Positions 8,140-16,781 of a stretch of DNA of 32,000 nt are shown in pieces. Each line of letters begins with the position of its first letter. The first letter of the stretch is position 1. Made by a program: the position numbers and the translations under genes. A model generated the notes under the pieces. That model did not search any database, was not told the origin of the DNA, and worked only from the letters and a program-made list of their open reading frames with translations. This DNA is from Synechococcales cyanobacterium VAR_4_metabat_312 (GTDB lineage Bacteria; Cyanobacteriota; Cyanobacteriia; Cyanobacteriales; Chamaesiphonaceae): contig JANOQO010000028.1 of assembly GCA_031414875.1 (NCBI GenBank), positions 106,445 to 138,444 of the forward strand, given 5' to 3'.

Positions 8140-9525
8140 ATGTTTAAACCGTCTCAAACTCTTGGTGCATTATTCATTGTGACTGCTTCAGCAGCGGCAC
8201 CAGCTACCGCCCAAAGTAGTTCTCCGGCACCAGTCAAGAACCCAAACCAAAATCTGCTCCAGCGCCAACTTAAGCCAAGCGATGTACGAATCAAGACTAA
8301 TCGCAGCTTAACTTTGCGCCAAGCTATAGAATTGGCTGAAAAAAATAACCGTCAAATTGAAGCGGCCAGAAGGCAAACAGACAGCAGTACTGCGGCAATT
8401 CGTGGTGCTCAGGCTGCGGAGTCTTTACAAGTAGGAGCTACTGGTTCATTAAACAGAAATGGTTCGCCAGTAATTGCCAATAATATAAATAACTTTTCGG
8501 CTGGTTCTGGTACCCCACTATCTGCCAATATTCAAGCTACCTATAATATTTCTTCGTCTGGCCGTAATAGTAGCCGTGTCAAAGCTGCTGAAGGCCAGCT
8601 AAACTTTGATCGATTGGATGTCGATCGCATTTCTTATCAAGTCAAGTCGTCGTTAATTACTGCTTACTACGATCTGCAACAGGCCGATGAGCAGCTCAAA
8701 ATCAATGAGGCTGCCGTAAAAAGTGCTGAACGCAGTTTGCGTGATGCTAAGCTACAAGAACAAGCTGGATTAGGCACTAAGTTTGATGTTATTCGTGCCG
8801 AAGTACAAAAAGCCTCTGCCCAGCAAGATGTTATCAGAATCACCAGTCAGCGACAGAATGCTCGTAAGCAATTAGCCCAAATTTTGAATGCTACTGAAGA
8901 TGTTGAATACTCTTCGTCTGAAACACTTGCCCCTCGCGGTGAGTGGAATATTAGCCTAGAAAACAGCATTGTGTTGGCATTAGGTAATCGACCTGATCTA
9001 AAACAGGCTTTACTAAGACGTGAAATTGCTGAGCAACAGGCTAACGCAGCAGCAGCAGGAGATAAGCCCTCGATCGATTTGGTCGCCAGCTATGGTCTGA
9101 GAAAAGACTTCCAGCAATCCACTGGCTTTGGCGATAACTTTAGCGTTGGTGCTCAAGTAACTTGGAACTTTTTGGATGGTGGTGCCGCCAGTTCTGCTGT
9201 TGCTCAGCAAAGAGCCGCTCAATCTGTTGCTGATAGCCAATACATAATCAGCCAAGATCAAATCCGTTTGCAAGTTGAGCAGTCTTACAACACATTACAA
9301 TCCGATCGGCTTAATATTGTGACATCTACAGGTGGGCTGACGCAGGCTGAAGAAAGTCTGCGTTTGGCACGGTTGCGCTTTGCTGCTGGGGTGGGTACTC
9401 AAACCGATGTGATTAGTGCCGAAACCCAGTTAACCACGGCCAGAAGTAATCAGTTGCAAGCAGTTGTTGGATATAACCGCTCTCTTTCAACCTTACGCAA
9501 TTCTGTATATGGCAATCGTTTCTAG
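8140..9525 (+). CDS. TolC-family outer membrane efflux protein
   Basis: A signal peptide ends in ..ATAQS. Two repeated halves rich in coiled-coil and beta segments show TolC-like motifs (LTLRQAIELAEKNN, GTQTDVISAETQL). Confidence 0.8.
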   Translation: MFKPSQTLGALFIVTASAAAPATAQSSSPAPVKNPNQNLLQRQLKPSDVRIKTNRSLTLRQAIELAEKNNRQIEAARRQTDSSTAAIRGAQAAESLQVGATGSLNRNGSPVIANNINNFSAGSGTPLSANIQATYNISSSGRNSSRVKAAEGQLNFDRLDVDRISYQVKSSLITAYYDLQQADEQLKINEAAVKSAERSLRDAKLQEQAGLGTKFDVIRAEVQKASAQQDVIRITSQRQNARKQLAQILNATEDVEYSSSETLAPRGEWNISLENSIVLALGNRPDLKQALLRREIAEQQANAAAAGDKPSIDLVASYGLRKDFQQSTGFGDNFSVGAQVTWNFLDGGAASSAVAQQRAAQSVADSQYIISQDQIRLQVEQSYNTLQSDRLNIVTSTGGLTQAEESLRLARLRFAAGVGTQTDVISAETQLTTARSNQLQAVVGYNRSLSTLRNSVYGNRF

Positions 9526-9668
9526 CTGCTAATTTGATGCTGAAACTTATAGTGGGGAAGTCGATCAGCCTATGTACACGCTGTGTGAATAATGTATTTG
9601 ATTGCCTTCCCCCTTGGCAAACGAGCCAAAATTCTTGATAATTCTTAATATAAGTTAGCTGGAAAAAT

Positions 9669-9968
9669 ATGAGCACCATCACCTTTGCCAAAGAAAACAA
9701 GGAAGTTGTTATCGCCCTGGGTTCTAACCTGCGCGAAAAGGCTGTCCAAAATGGCATTGACATGTATACGTTCAAGGGCAAGATGATGAACTGCGGCGGC
9801 TATGGCCAATGCGGCATGTGCAAAATCGATATCCTAGAAGGTGCCGAAAATCTTTCGCCACGCACCGAGTTTGAAGAAAAGAAGTTGAAAAATAAGCCCG
9901 CCAGCTTTCGGTTAGCCTGTCAGACGATCGTGAATGGTCCTGTTAAGGTCAACACCAAGCCAGCTTAG
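9669..9968 (+). CDS. 2Fe-2S ferredoxin-like protein
   Basis: 99 aa with the four-cysteine pattern [10 protein letters not shown]...C near the C-terminus and a beta-grasp-like N-terminus. Confidence 0.75.
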   Translation: MSTITFAKENKEVVIALGSNLREKAVQNGIDMYTFKGKMMNCGGYGQCGMCKIDILEGAENLSPRTEFEEKKLKNKPASFRLACQTIVNGPVKVNTKPA

Positions 9969-10075
9969 ATCGCGTCAAATTTAGGGTCTGAATTTGTAAA
10001 GGTCGCTTGCTGCGATAGTCGCTCTGCGGTATGCTAGCTCTTAATATTCGGTAAATTGTTAATTGAGAAAAAAGT

Positions 10076-10186
10076 ATGCAAACTAATACTCTTGGCTTTG
10101 TAGCTAGCCTGCTATTTATTCTGGTGCCCTCGATTTTTTTGATAATTCTCTATATCCAAACTAATACTCGCGACACTGGCGCTTAG
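10076..10186 (+). CDS. psbM: Photosystem II reaction centre protein M
   Basis: My own translation is MQTNTLGFVASLLFILVPSIFLIILYIQTNTRDTGA (36 aa). It matches the conserved PsbM pattern (M.vN.LGF.A..LF.LvPt.FL.iLYiQT). It is below the ORF-track length cutoff. Confidence 0.9.
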   Translation: MQTNTLGFVASLLFILVPSIFLIILYIQTNTRDTGA

Positions 10187-10243
10187 TATTGTGCGCGTCT
10201 GGTAATATCAGCCGCTGAGACATTTTGAATGACTAAGAATCAC

Positions 10244-10288
10244 AAAAAGAGCAAGGTGAGGTATGTAACTCACTTTGCTCTTTTTATT
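10244..10288. terminator. Bidirectional intrinsic terminator between the convergent genes psbM and thrB
   Basis: AAAAAGAGCAAGGTGAG - loop GTATGTAA - CTCACTTTGCTCTTTTT. The stem has one G.U pair. It is flanked by an A-run on one side and a T-run on the other, 5 nt from the thrB stop. Confidence 0.75.
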
Positions 10289-10292
10289 GTTT

Positions 10293-11189
10293 CTAGGATA
10301 TTTGTGCCCCAGCCACATCTAATCTAAGAATCTGCACGATCGGCTTAATCCCCAGCGCTTGCCAAGCCGCCGACATCGCTTGGACGACATGGTTTGCTCG
10401 CCCTTCATCTACCAATGCCAATAGGGTTGGACCGGCACCACTAATCACCATGCCATAAGCCCCCGCTGCCACTGCCGCTTGTTCTACCTCTACATAACCT
10501 TCGATCAATTTCTGCCGGTAGGGCTGATGAATACGATCGACCAATCCGGCTCTCACCCATTGACCATTACCAGTTTCTAAGCCTCGCATCAGCAAGGCTA
10601 GATGAGAAATATTAAACACTGCATCAGCACGACTATAACTAGTCGGCAAAACCTGTCTAGCCTCGGCAGTAGAAAGTTCGAAGCTGGGGATCGCCACTAC
10701 CGGCACAATAGTCGAATGCCAAGGCACATCACAAATTTCCCATTTTTCGCCATGGCTTGCTGCCAACCGACAGCCACCGATTAAAGCTGGCACCACGTTA
10801 TCCGGGTGCCCTTCCATGTCGATCGCCATTTCCATAATCTCTGCCGGACTCAATGGAAACCCAGCTACGCCATTGCCGCCTAAGAGCCCGCCCACAATTG
10901 CTGTAGCCGAACTCCCTAAACCCCGTGCTAAAGGCACTTCTAAGTCAATTTCTAGTTTTATCCCTGGAACAGGTTTTTGTAATCGATCAAATACCTTTAT
11001 AAAAGCTTGATAAGCCAAGTTCTGTTGATCGACATCTACCCGATCCGCTTCTGCACCCCGAGCTACAATATTAAAACCATCTGCCAAAGTAAAAGTAAAT
11101 TGGTTGTACAGACTCAACGCTGCGCCAATACAGTCGAAACCTGCACCTAAATTTGCAGTAGTGGCTGGTACTTTAACGCTGACTGACAT
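10293..11189 (-). CDS. thrB: Homoserine kinase
   Basis: VPATTANLGAGFDC and PLARGLGSSATAIVGG are GHMP kinase motifs, and the length and N-terminus are typical of ThrB. Confidence 0.9.
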   Translation of the reverse strand: MSVSVKVPATTANLGAGFDCIGAALSLYNQFTFTLADGFNIVARGAEADRVDVDQQNLAYQAFIKVFDRLQKPVPGIKLEIDLEVPLARGLGSSATAIVGGLLGGNGVAGFPLSPAEIMEMAIDMEGHPDNVVPALIGGCRLAASHGEKWEICDVPWHSTIVPVVAIPSFELSTAEARQVLPTSYSRADAVFNISHLALLMRGLETGNGQWVRAGLVDRIHQPYRQKLIEGYVEVEQAAVAAGAYGMVISGAGPTLLALVDEGRANHVVQAMSAAWQALGIKPIVQILRLDVAGAQIS

Positions 11190-11191
11190 AA

Positions 11192-11247
11192 ATGAAAGCT
11201 CCGATTTTGGCTGTAGATCATTTTACAGTCAAAATCGGAGCTTTCAT
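11192..11247 (-). promoter_or_regulatory. Perfect 18-bp-arm palindrome (20-nt spacer) ending 2 nt upstream of the thrB ATG; the 3' arm contains the thrB GGAG
   Basis: ATGAAAGCTCCGATTTTG (11192-11209) and CAAAATCGGAGCTTTCAT (11230-11247) are exact reverse complements. The spacer contains an extra CTGTA/TACAG pairing. Confidence 0.6.
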
Positions 11248-11268
11248 ACAGTATTTTGTTAGTGAGAG

Positions 11269-11766
11269 TTACTTGAAACTACTCCAGAACAGTAGAGTAA
11301 ATAATCGGGGTAAGATCAACCAAGCGGCCACCATCAAAGAAGCCATTGCTGAAATCAAGACAGCACCAGCGGCGCAGTCTTTAGCAACCTTGGCCAGCTC
11401 ATGATAAGTTTTTTCTACAGTCAGATCTACTACTGATTCGATCGCAGTATTCAGCAGCTCTAGAGTAAGCACCAAGCTACAGACAATCGAAATAATGGCC
11501 ATTTCTACCGGAGGCAATCTGAGGAATGCTCCTAGACAAACGGCCAAAGTTCCTACTGCACAATGAACCCTAAAGTTTCGCTGAGTCATGAAAGCGTAGC
11601 TTACTCCCGCCGAAGCGTAACGGAAGCTAGCAAAAAAGTTGTTGGCCACCTGCAAGGCCATGTCACGCTTGTGGGCAGACTTCTTATTAACTAATCCAGA
11701 AGCTTTAGTTGCCATAGGAACAGAGGGAGAGGTAATAACTGTAGATTCGTCCAGTTTATGTTCCAT
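11269..11766 (-). CDS. dgkA: Diacylglycerol kinase family protein (DgkA-type, integral membrane)
   Basis: 165 aa with three hydrophobic helices and the motif LELLNTAIESVVDL, characteristic of prokaryotic DgkA. Confidence 0.8.
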   Translation of the reverse strand: MEHKLDESTVITSPSVPMATKASGLVNKKSAHKRDMALQVANNFFASFRYASAGVSYAFMTQRNFRVHCAVGTLAVCLGAFLRLPPVEMAIISIVCSLVLTLELLNTAIESVVDLTVEKTYHELAKVAKDCAAGAVLISAMASLMVAAWLILPRLFTLLFWSSFK

Positions 11767-11819
11767 AGCTTGTTTTCCCCACCGTAAAAAATATGAATTA
11801 TTTGCCGTGTTAGTGATAC

Positions 11820-12329
11820 TTATAGCTTAGTACCGTCTAAAGGCCGTGTCTCGATTACTACATTAATTGTTCCCAGTAAAATGTCTTGAAAAGCCAACAT
11901 TTCTGCCAAGCTCTGGTCATCTGGGTGATCCCAGCCTAGTAAATGTAAAAATCCGTGACTGGCTAACCACAGCAATTCGATCAATAGGGAGTGACCCTGC
12001 ACACTGGCCTGCTTTTGAGCAGTTTCTATAGAAATAATAATATCACCCAAGTAGAGAGGTAAGCCATCCATCTCAGGTGGCAAGATCATCTCATCTTCTA
12101 AAGCGGCAAAAGCTAATACGTCGGTTGGCCGATCAATTTGGCGGTATTGGGCATTTAGGCTCTGAATTTCGGCATCGTCAGTTAGCCGCAAGGTGATTTC
12201 GTAATCTGTGGCTGGAGGTAAACCTAAGTTGGGTTGGACGATCCAGGTCTGAAAGTGCGCTGACCAAATGGATTCGTCAAGGCCAAGAATGGGTTGGTCA
12301 AGGATATTTTGAACAGTAAGCTCTAACAT
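11820..12329 (-). CDS. ybeY: rRNA maturation endoribonuclease YbeY
   Basis: Zinc-binding motif [11 protein letters not shown]; 169 aa. Confidence 0.9.
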   Translation of the reverse strand: MLELTVQNILDQPILGLDESIWSAHFQTWIVQPNLGLPPATDYEITLRLTDDAEIQSLNAQYRQIDRPTDVLAFAALEDEMILPPEMDGLPLYLGDIIISIETAQKQASVQGHSLLIELLWLASHGFLHLLGWDHPDDQSLAEMLAFQDILLGTINVVIETRPLDGTKL

Positions 12330-12550
12330 TAGCGAGTCAGGTAGGCCAGGCCAATGAACAGCACTAATAAGCCTGCGGTGCTCAAGAAAAAATGTTGAAG
12401 CGACTTGCCCCGCTTCCGTACCATGTTGCGCATAGCCAGCTTGACGTAGCTATCAGGTTTTTTGACCGGTGCAGTGCTGGAGATTTCGACATCAGAGGTG
12501 ATCTCGGCAGCCGGTTCGAGGTTTTCTGGATTAGTGGTTTCAGTAGTCAT
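12329..12550 (-). CDS. Small membrane protein; resembles the cyanobacterial DUF3285 family
   Basis: 73 aa with a basic segment ([11 protein letters not shown]) followed by one transmembrane helix. Its stop overlaps the ybeY start (TAATG). Confidence 0.6.
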   Translation of the reverse strand: MTTETTNPENLEPAAEITSDVEISSTAPVKKPDSYVKLAMRNMVRKRGKSLQHFFLSTAGLLVLFIGLAYLTR

Positions 12551-12626
12551 AGAATTAGGGAATTAATGAACAGTAAATATATGTTGTGGGCTGGATTAAT
12601 GTCATTGATCGAAACAAAGATTTCAG

Positions 12627-12788
12627 TTGTAGGGTGGGCACTGCCCACGATCAGTTAGTTTCCTAATGATGCTGTATTACCAATGTTTTTTCCCTGATAC
12701 TGAAAGCCCGCATGGTATTGCGGGCAATGCTGTGGAGATGATAGTAATAGGCTGAAATGCCTAATGGTGGGCAGTGCCCACCCTACAA
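12627..12788. repeat. MITE-like element bounded by perfect 22-bp inverted repeats
   Basis: TTGTAGGGTGGGCACTGCCCAC (12627-12648) is the exact reverse complement of 12767-12788. Each end contains the palindrome GTGGGCA(C/G)TGCCCAC. An internal GC hairpin, GCCCGCA-6nt-TGCGGGC, lies at 12706-12725. Confidence 0.6.
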
Positions 12789-12812
12789 TATAGGTACTAA
12801 GTCATTGTTCTT

Positions 12813-13493
12813 CTAGCTGCTCCAGCTTTCCCGGTCTTCGCGGCCACCTAGGCTGTTGCGACTGCCTGGATTTCCGGCAACTCCATTTTTAGCTTTTTTG
12901 GCACTACGCTGGAGGGCGTCTAGCCGAGATTCATAGCGGCGACGTAAGCTCTTTTTATAGGTGTCGTCAATCAGAGATTTCAGGGCACTGGCAAGGCTCT
13001 TGTAAGCATTGGGGAGAGTGTAGCCAAACCTGGTAGCCAGGGCGATCGCTTTTTCATCGGCATCGATCGATTCTTTGACATAGCGCTCGTTATTGTTACG
13101 CACATACAGGCGGTAGCCCGAGATACCACAGAGCGATAGGGCTAAGACCAATAGCAGGCCATCCCGCACCCACAGTTCGCCCACTGCACCACCAAGACCA
13201 ATGGCTAATGCGGCCATTTCCCAGCCATCCCGAGGAATGGTATCTTGCTGGACACGCGCTACTTCATGCCAAAACAGCAGATTACGCTGGTCGATCGCCA
13301 GTTTTTCCCACTTGACCAAGTCGATTTGAATTTCCACTTGATCTTTCCCAATTTCTTCGCACCGCACTAAGGGCGGATTGACTTCGGTGGTGGTTTCCAC
13401 TGTCACCCAACTTTGCAGTTCGGGGGGAATGATACTCTTCAAGCGGCGCAGCTCACTCATTTCCGCGCGAGCAGAGGCAGTAGTGTAGGACAT
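12813..13493 (-). CDS. Conserved membrane protein; resembles the cyanobacterial DUF3318 family
   Basis: 226 aa with central hydrophobic helices (AALAIGLGGAVGELW, LLLVLALSLCGISGY) and a basic C-terminal tail. The start is ATG. Confidence 0.6.
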   Translation of the reverse strand: MSYTTASARAEMSELRRLKSIIPPELQSWVTVETTTEVNPPLVRCEEIGKDQVEIQIDLVKWEKLAIDQRNLLFWHEVARVQQDTIPRDGWEMAALAIGLGGAVGELWVRDGLLLVLALSLCGISGYRLYVRNNNERYVKESIDADEKAIALATRFGYTLPNAYKSLASALKSLIDDTYKKSLRRRYESRLDALQRSAKKAKNGVAGNPGSRNSLGGREDRESWSS

Positions 13494-13837
13494 AGGTTGT
13501 CTGAAGTTCGATCGAGATATTTTCTAATTGTAGCCATTCATCCCCAAAATAGATATCGGGAATCCGCCATTGAGATAAAGTTTTCTTAGTGCGCGTTTAA
13601 AACGAAAGCCGCATCATCTAAGCCAGGTAGGACAAATTGGGACTTTTTGGCTGTTGAAATCGTTAAATTGGGTGGATCGCGGAACTATCTGATGCTCCAA
13701 TGCGACACTCGATTGAGTTTCTTTCCTGAATTGGCAGTACTATCCGTGAAAGCATGGTCAAATGCCTCGATAAACTTTCGAGGGAAACCGTTCTCTATTT
13801 ACTCAGCGCACTTAAATTGTGTGGCACCAGGGGCCAA

Positions 13838-14563
13838 ATGAAAAAAATTTTACTGGTGGATGATGATAAGACGTTACAGACTGTCTTGACACGCTATTTA
13901 GAAAAGCGTGGATATTCGGTACAGGTAGCGGCTTCTGGCATCCAAGGATTAAAAATGTTCTCGCAAGATCCACCAGATTTGGTGGTTTCCGACATTACAA
14001 TGCCCGGAATGGACGGTGTGGAGTTTTGTAAAAGACTGCGTGCAACTCGCCCCGGTCAGTTGGTGCCATTTATTTTTCTGACTGCCAAGAAAGATTTGGA
14101 AGATCGGGTACAGGGTCATTATATTGGCGCTGATGATTACATCACTAAGCCTTTCGAGCCTTTGGAGCTTTTGGCCAAGATTGAGTCACAGTTAGAGCGC
14201 TCTCGGCGCATTCATTCTGAGATGATTCGCTTAATTCAGCAGGCTCCTGAAGATGCTTTGGCAGTCAAGGAAGAACCAGTAGTGGTGCCTGTTGTGGTAG
14301 GAGTTGCTACTCGGCCACCGTTGCCTACCGAGCCTACCGAAGAATTGCCTTTGACTCCGGCTGAAGCACGGGTATTTTGGGAAGTGATTCAGGGCTTGAC
14401 TAATAAGCAGATCAGCCAACGGTTGTTTATTAGCCCCCGCACAGTGCAGACTCACTTGAGCAATATTTTGACTAAGTTGAGTTTAGAAAATCGATCGCAG
14501 TTGGTGCGGTTTGCTTTTGAGCATGGCCATCGTCCACCTTTGGCTGAGAAGGTCGAAAACTAA
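13838..14563 (+). CDS. Response regulator: receiver domain plus LuxR/NarL-type helix-turn-helix
   Basis: MKKILLVDDD.., DLVVSDITMPGMDG, LTAK and ITKPF mark an intact phospho-acceptor pocket. The C-terminus reads LTPAEARVFWEVIQGLTNKQISQRLFISPRTVQTHLSNILTKL. I chose the ATG at 13838 rather than the track start at 13754. Confidence 0.85.
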   Translation: MKKILLVDDDKTLQTVLTRYLEKRGYSVQVAASGIQGLKMFSQDPPDLVVSDITMPGMDGVEFCKRLRATRPGQLVPFIFLTAKKDLEDRVQGHYIGADDYITKPFEPLELLAKIESQLERSRRIHSEMIRLIQQAPEDALAVKEEPVVVPVVVGVATRPPLPTEPTEELPLTPAEARVFWEVIQGLTNKQISQRLFISPRTVQTHLSNILTKLSLENRSQLVRFAFEHGHRPPLAEKVEN

Positions 14564-14739
14564 TTTGGCTTTCGTTTGGTTCTGGCACCTTTGATGAATT
14601 TATTTCTGTTAACACTGGCCAAAGAAAGTTAAGGAATATTTCATTTTTGGTGCTGTGCCCCCCAATCGACCACCCTCAGCCAAAGACCATGCTAACATTT
14701 CCGCTTGTAGGATTATTTTTTAGATGCAGAGATAAAGCC

Positions 14740-15966
14740 GTGGTATTAAGAGTTGCTGTTGTTGGTGGTGGTCCCGCAGGTTCTTGCGCGGCAGAAACCC
14801 TTGTTCAAGCCGGAATTGAAACCTATTTAATTGAGCGCAAGCTAGATAACGCCAAGCCCTGTGGCGGCGCAATCCCCCTCTGTATGGTCGAAGAATTCAA
14901 CCTGCCCCCAGAAATCATCGATCGCAAAGTACGCAAAATGAAAATGATTTCACCTTCTAACGTAGAAGTGAACATCGGCCAAACTTTGAAAGACGACGAA
15001 TACATTGGCATGTGTCGGCGCGAAGTAATGGACAGCTACCTGCGCAACAGAGCCGAAAAACTCGGAGCCAAGTTGATTAACGGCACCGTTCATAAAATCG
15101 AAATCCCCGGCAACGACACCGATCCTTATACCTTGCACTACGCCGACCACAGCAATGGCCAAGTAGCAGGCAATGCCCAAATCTTGAAAGTAGATATGAT
15201 CATTGGTGCCGACGGTGCCAACTCCCGAGTGGCCAAGGCGATCGATGCCGGTGACTATAAGTACGCGATCGCTTTCCAAGAACGCATCAAGCTCCCCGAA
15301 GACAAGCTGGCCTACTACGAAGAACTAGCTGAAATGTATGTGGGCGACGATGTTTCCCCCGACTTCTACGCCTGGGTGTTTCCCAAGTACGACCACGTAG
15401 CCGTCGGCACCGGCACCATGAGTCCTAACAAAGACAGCATCAAGCGTCTGCAAGCAGGGATTCGCGCCAGAGCTGCTCACCGCTTAGAAGGCGGTCAAAT
15501 TATTAAAGTCGAAGCTCACCCCATTCCTGAACATCCTCGTCCCCGGCGGGTAGTTGGTCGGGTGGCTTTGGTCGGCGATGCAGCAGGCTATGTTACCAAG
15601 TCTTCTGGTGAAGGCATCTACTTCGCCGCTAAGTCTGGCCGCATGTGTGCCGAGGCGATCGTGGAGCTGTCTGAAAATGGCGCACGGATTCCTTTAGAGC
15701 GGGAAATCAAGAACACTTACATCAAACGTTGGGATAAGGCTTATGGCTTGACCTACCGGGTATTGGATATTTTGCAAAAAGTCTTCTACCGTTCGGATGC
15801 CGCCAGAGAAGCATTTGTAGAAATGTGCGATGACATTGATGTGCAGAAGCTGACTTTTGACAGCTATCTGTATAAGACAGTGGTTCCAGCTAATCCCTTG
15901 ATCCAAATGAAGATTACAGCCAAGACGATCGGTAGTTTACTGCGTGGTAATGCACTGAAGCCTTAG
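14740..15966 (+). CDS. chlP: Geranylgeranyl diphosphate/geranylgeranyl-chlorophyll reductase
   Basis: Near-colinear with the ChlP sequences I recall (VLRVAVVGGGPAGS..ERKLDNAKPCGGAIPLCMV..FDSYLYKTVVPANPL). The GTG at 14740 gives the canonical MVLRVAVVGGG N-terminus; the track start at 14647 is probably too long. Confidence 0.93.
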   Translation: MVLRVAVVGGGPAGSCAAETLVQAGIETYLIERKLDNAKPCGGAIPLCMVEEFNLPPEIIDRKVRKMKMISPSNVEVNIGQTLKDDEYIGMCRREVMDSYLRNRAEKLGAKLINGTVHKIEIPGNDTDPYTLHYADHSNGQVAGNAQILKVDMIIGADGANSRVAKAIDAGDYKYAIAFQERIKLPEDKLAYYEELAEMYVGDDVSPDFYAWVFPKYDHVAVGTGTMSPNKDSIKRLQAGIRARAAHRLEGGQIIKVEAHPIPEHPRPRRVVGRVALVGDAAGYVTKSSGEGIYFAAKSGRMCAEAIVELSENGARIPLEREIKNTYIKRWDKAYGLTYRVLDILQKVFYRSDAAREAFVEMCDDIDVQKLTFDSYLYKTVVPANPLIQMKITAKTIGSLLRGNALKP

Positions 15967-15986
15967 TCTCACCGTTGACTATTAAC

Positions 15987-16028
15987 AACACCCCTCGATT
16001 TTTGATTAAGAACCGAGGGGTGTTTTTT
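15987..16028 (+). terminator. Intrinsic terminator of chlP
   Basis: AACACCCCTCG - 16-nt loop - CGAGGGGTGTT, followed by TTTT. Confidence 0.75.
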
Positions 16029-16063
16029 GGCTAGATAGACTGCTCAAAGCTACTCAGAATTAT

Positions 16064-16726
16064 TTAAGCTTTGATACCATCAGCGATCGATTTAAACCAA
16101 GCAATAATGGCACCCTGTAAAAATAGTATTTGTGCTATTAATTCAAATACTTCCTCAACAGTTTGCTCCAATCTTTCTGCATTAATGTCAAGTCGATGGA
16201 TGTCATAAGCATCCACTATAATCACCAGTGCCGTAACAGCGATACCTGCCAAAAAACGATTTCTGATTGCTTTACTTTCCTGAAAAATTGGCAGCAGCCA
16301 TCTGAGAGTTAGCAGCCCAACCACCATATAAAATAATAAAACAAAATCACCAGCGGCGATCGGCAAAAATGGGATAGAAACATTGCGTGGAGCCAAAAAG
16401 CTATCCCGAATGCGCTCATGAATTGCAAATCTGTCATCTAGTGCCAACAAAAAAAAGCTACAGCCCAGTACCAACCATCGAGAGCTTTTGGCTGCATTAA
16501 ATCGCAAATGTTGTAAACCAGCATTAGCCCAAGAAACCAGAGCTATTGTGTACATTGCAGTCACCTGAAGAGTTGTCATGGGGGTGTCTTCGGTAGCAAT
16601 CCATTTCCAATATTGTGGCCACTGGGCGGCAACAAAAATCAATACTGATAAAGCTGGGGATATTATAGTAATCAGAATCAAATATCGTTGTAATTTATTG
16701 AGTCTGGCTAAAGATTTATCATTCAT
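16064..16726 (-). CDS. Hypothetical polytopic membrane protein
   Basis: 220 aa with an ATG start, about 6 hydrophobic spans and the motif LALDDRFAIHERIRD. I recognise no family. Confidence 0.6.
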   Translation of the reverse strand: MNDKSLARLNKLQRYLILITIISPALSVLIFVAAQWPQYWKWIATEDTPMTTLQVTAMYTIALVSWANAGLQHLRFNAAKSSRWLVLGCSFFLLALDDRFAIHERIRDSFLAPRNVSIPFLPIAAGDFVLLFYMVVGLLTLRWLLPIFQESKAIRNRFLAGIAVTALVIIVDAYDIHRLDINAERLEQTVEEVFELIAQILFLQGAIIAWFKSIADGIKA

Positions 16727-16781
16727 TATGAATTACTAAAGAAATATTTGTTAAATCTGCAAAAAGCAAATATCAAGGTAT

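Noticed and set aside
11192-11404. A 70-aa plus-strand ORF starting at the ATG of the palindrome.
   Set aside because: The ATG is a by-product of the palindrome (ATGAAAG...CTTTCAT), and the ORF runs antisense through dgkA. No supporting signal was seen.
12392-12658. An 88-aa plus-strand ORF spanning the small-protein gene and the left end of the MITE-like element.
   Set aside because: It is antisense to a conserved small membrane protein gene and reads into the repeat, so it is probably spurious.
13494-13837. The largest intergenic gap (344 nt, divergent promoters), considered as a possible small-RNA locus; the ORF 13647-13841 lies within it.
   Set aside because: I found no strong stem-loop-plus-U-tract terminator and no recognisable ncRNA motif. 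The TTG-initiated ORF has no SD and overlaps the regulator start. I cannot exclude an sRNA without transcript data.
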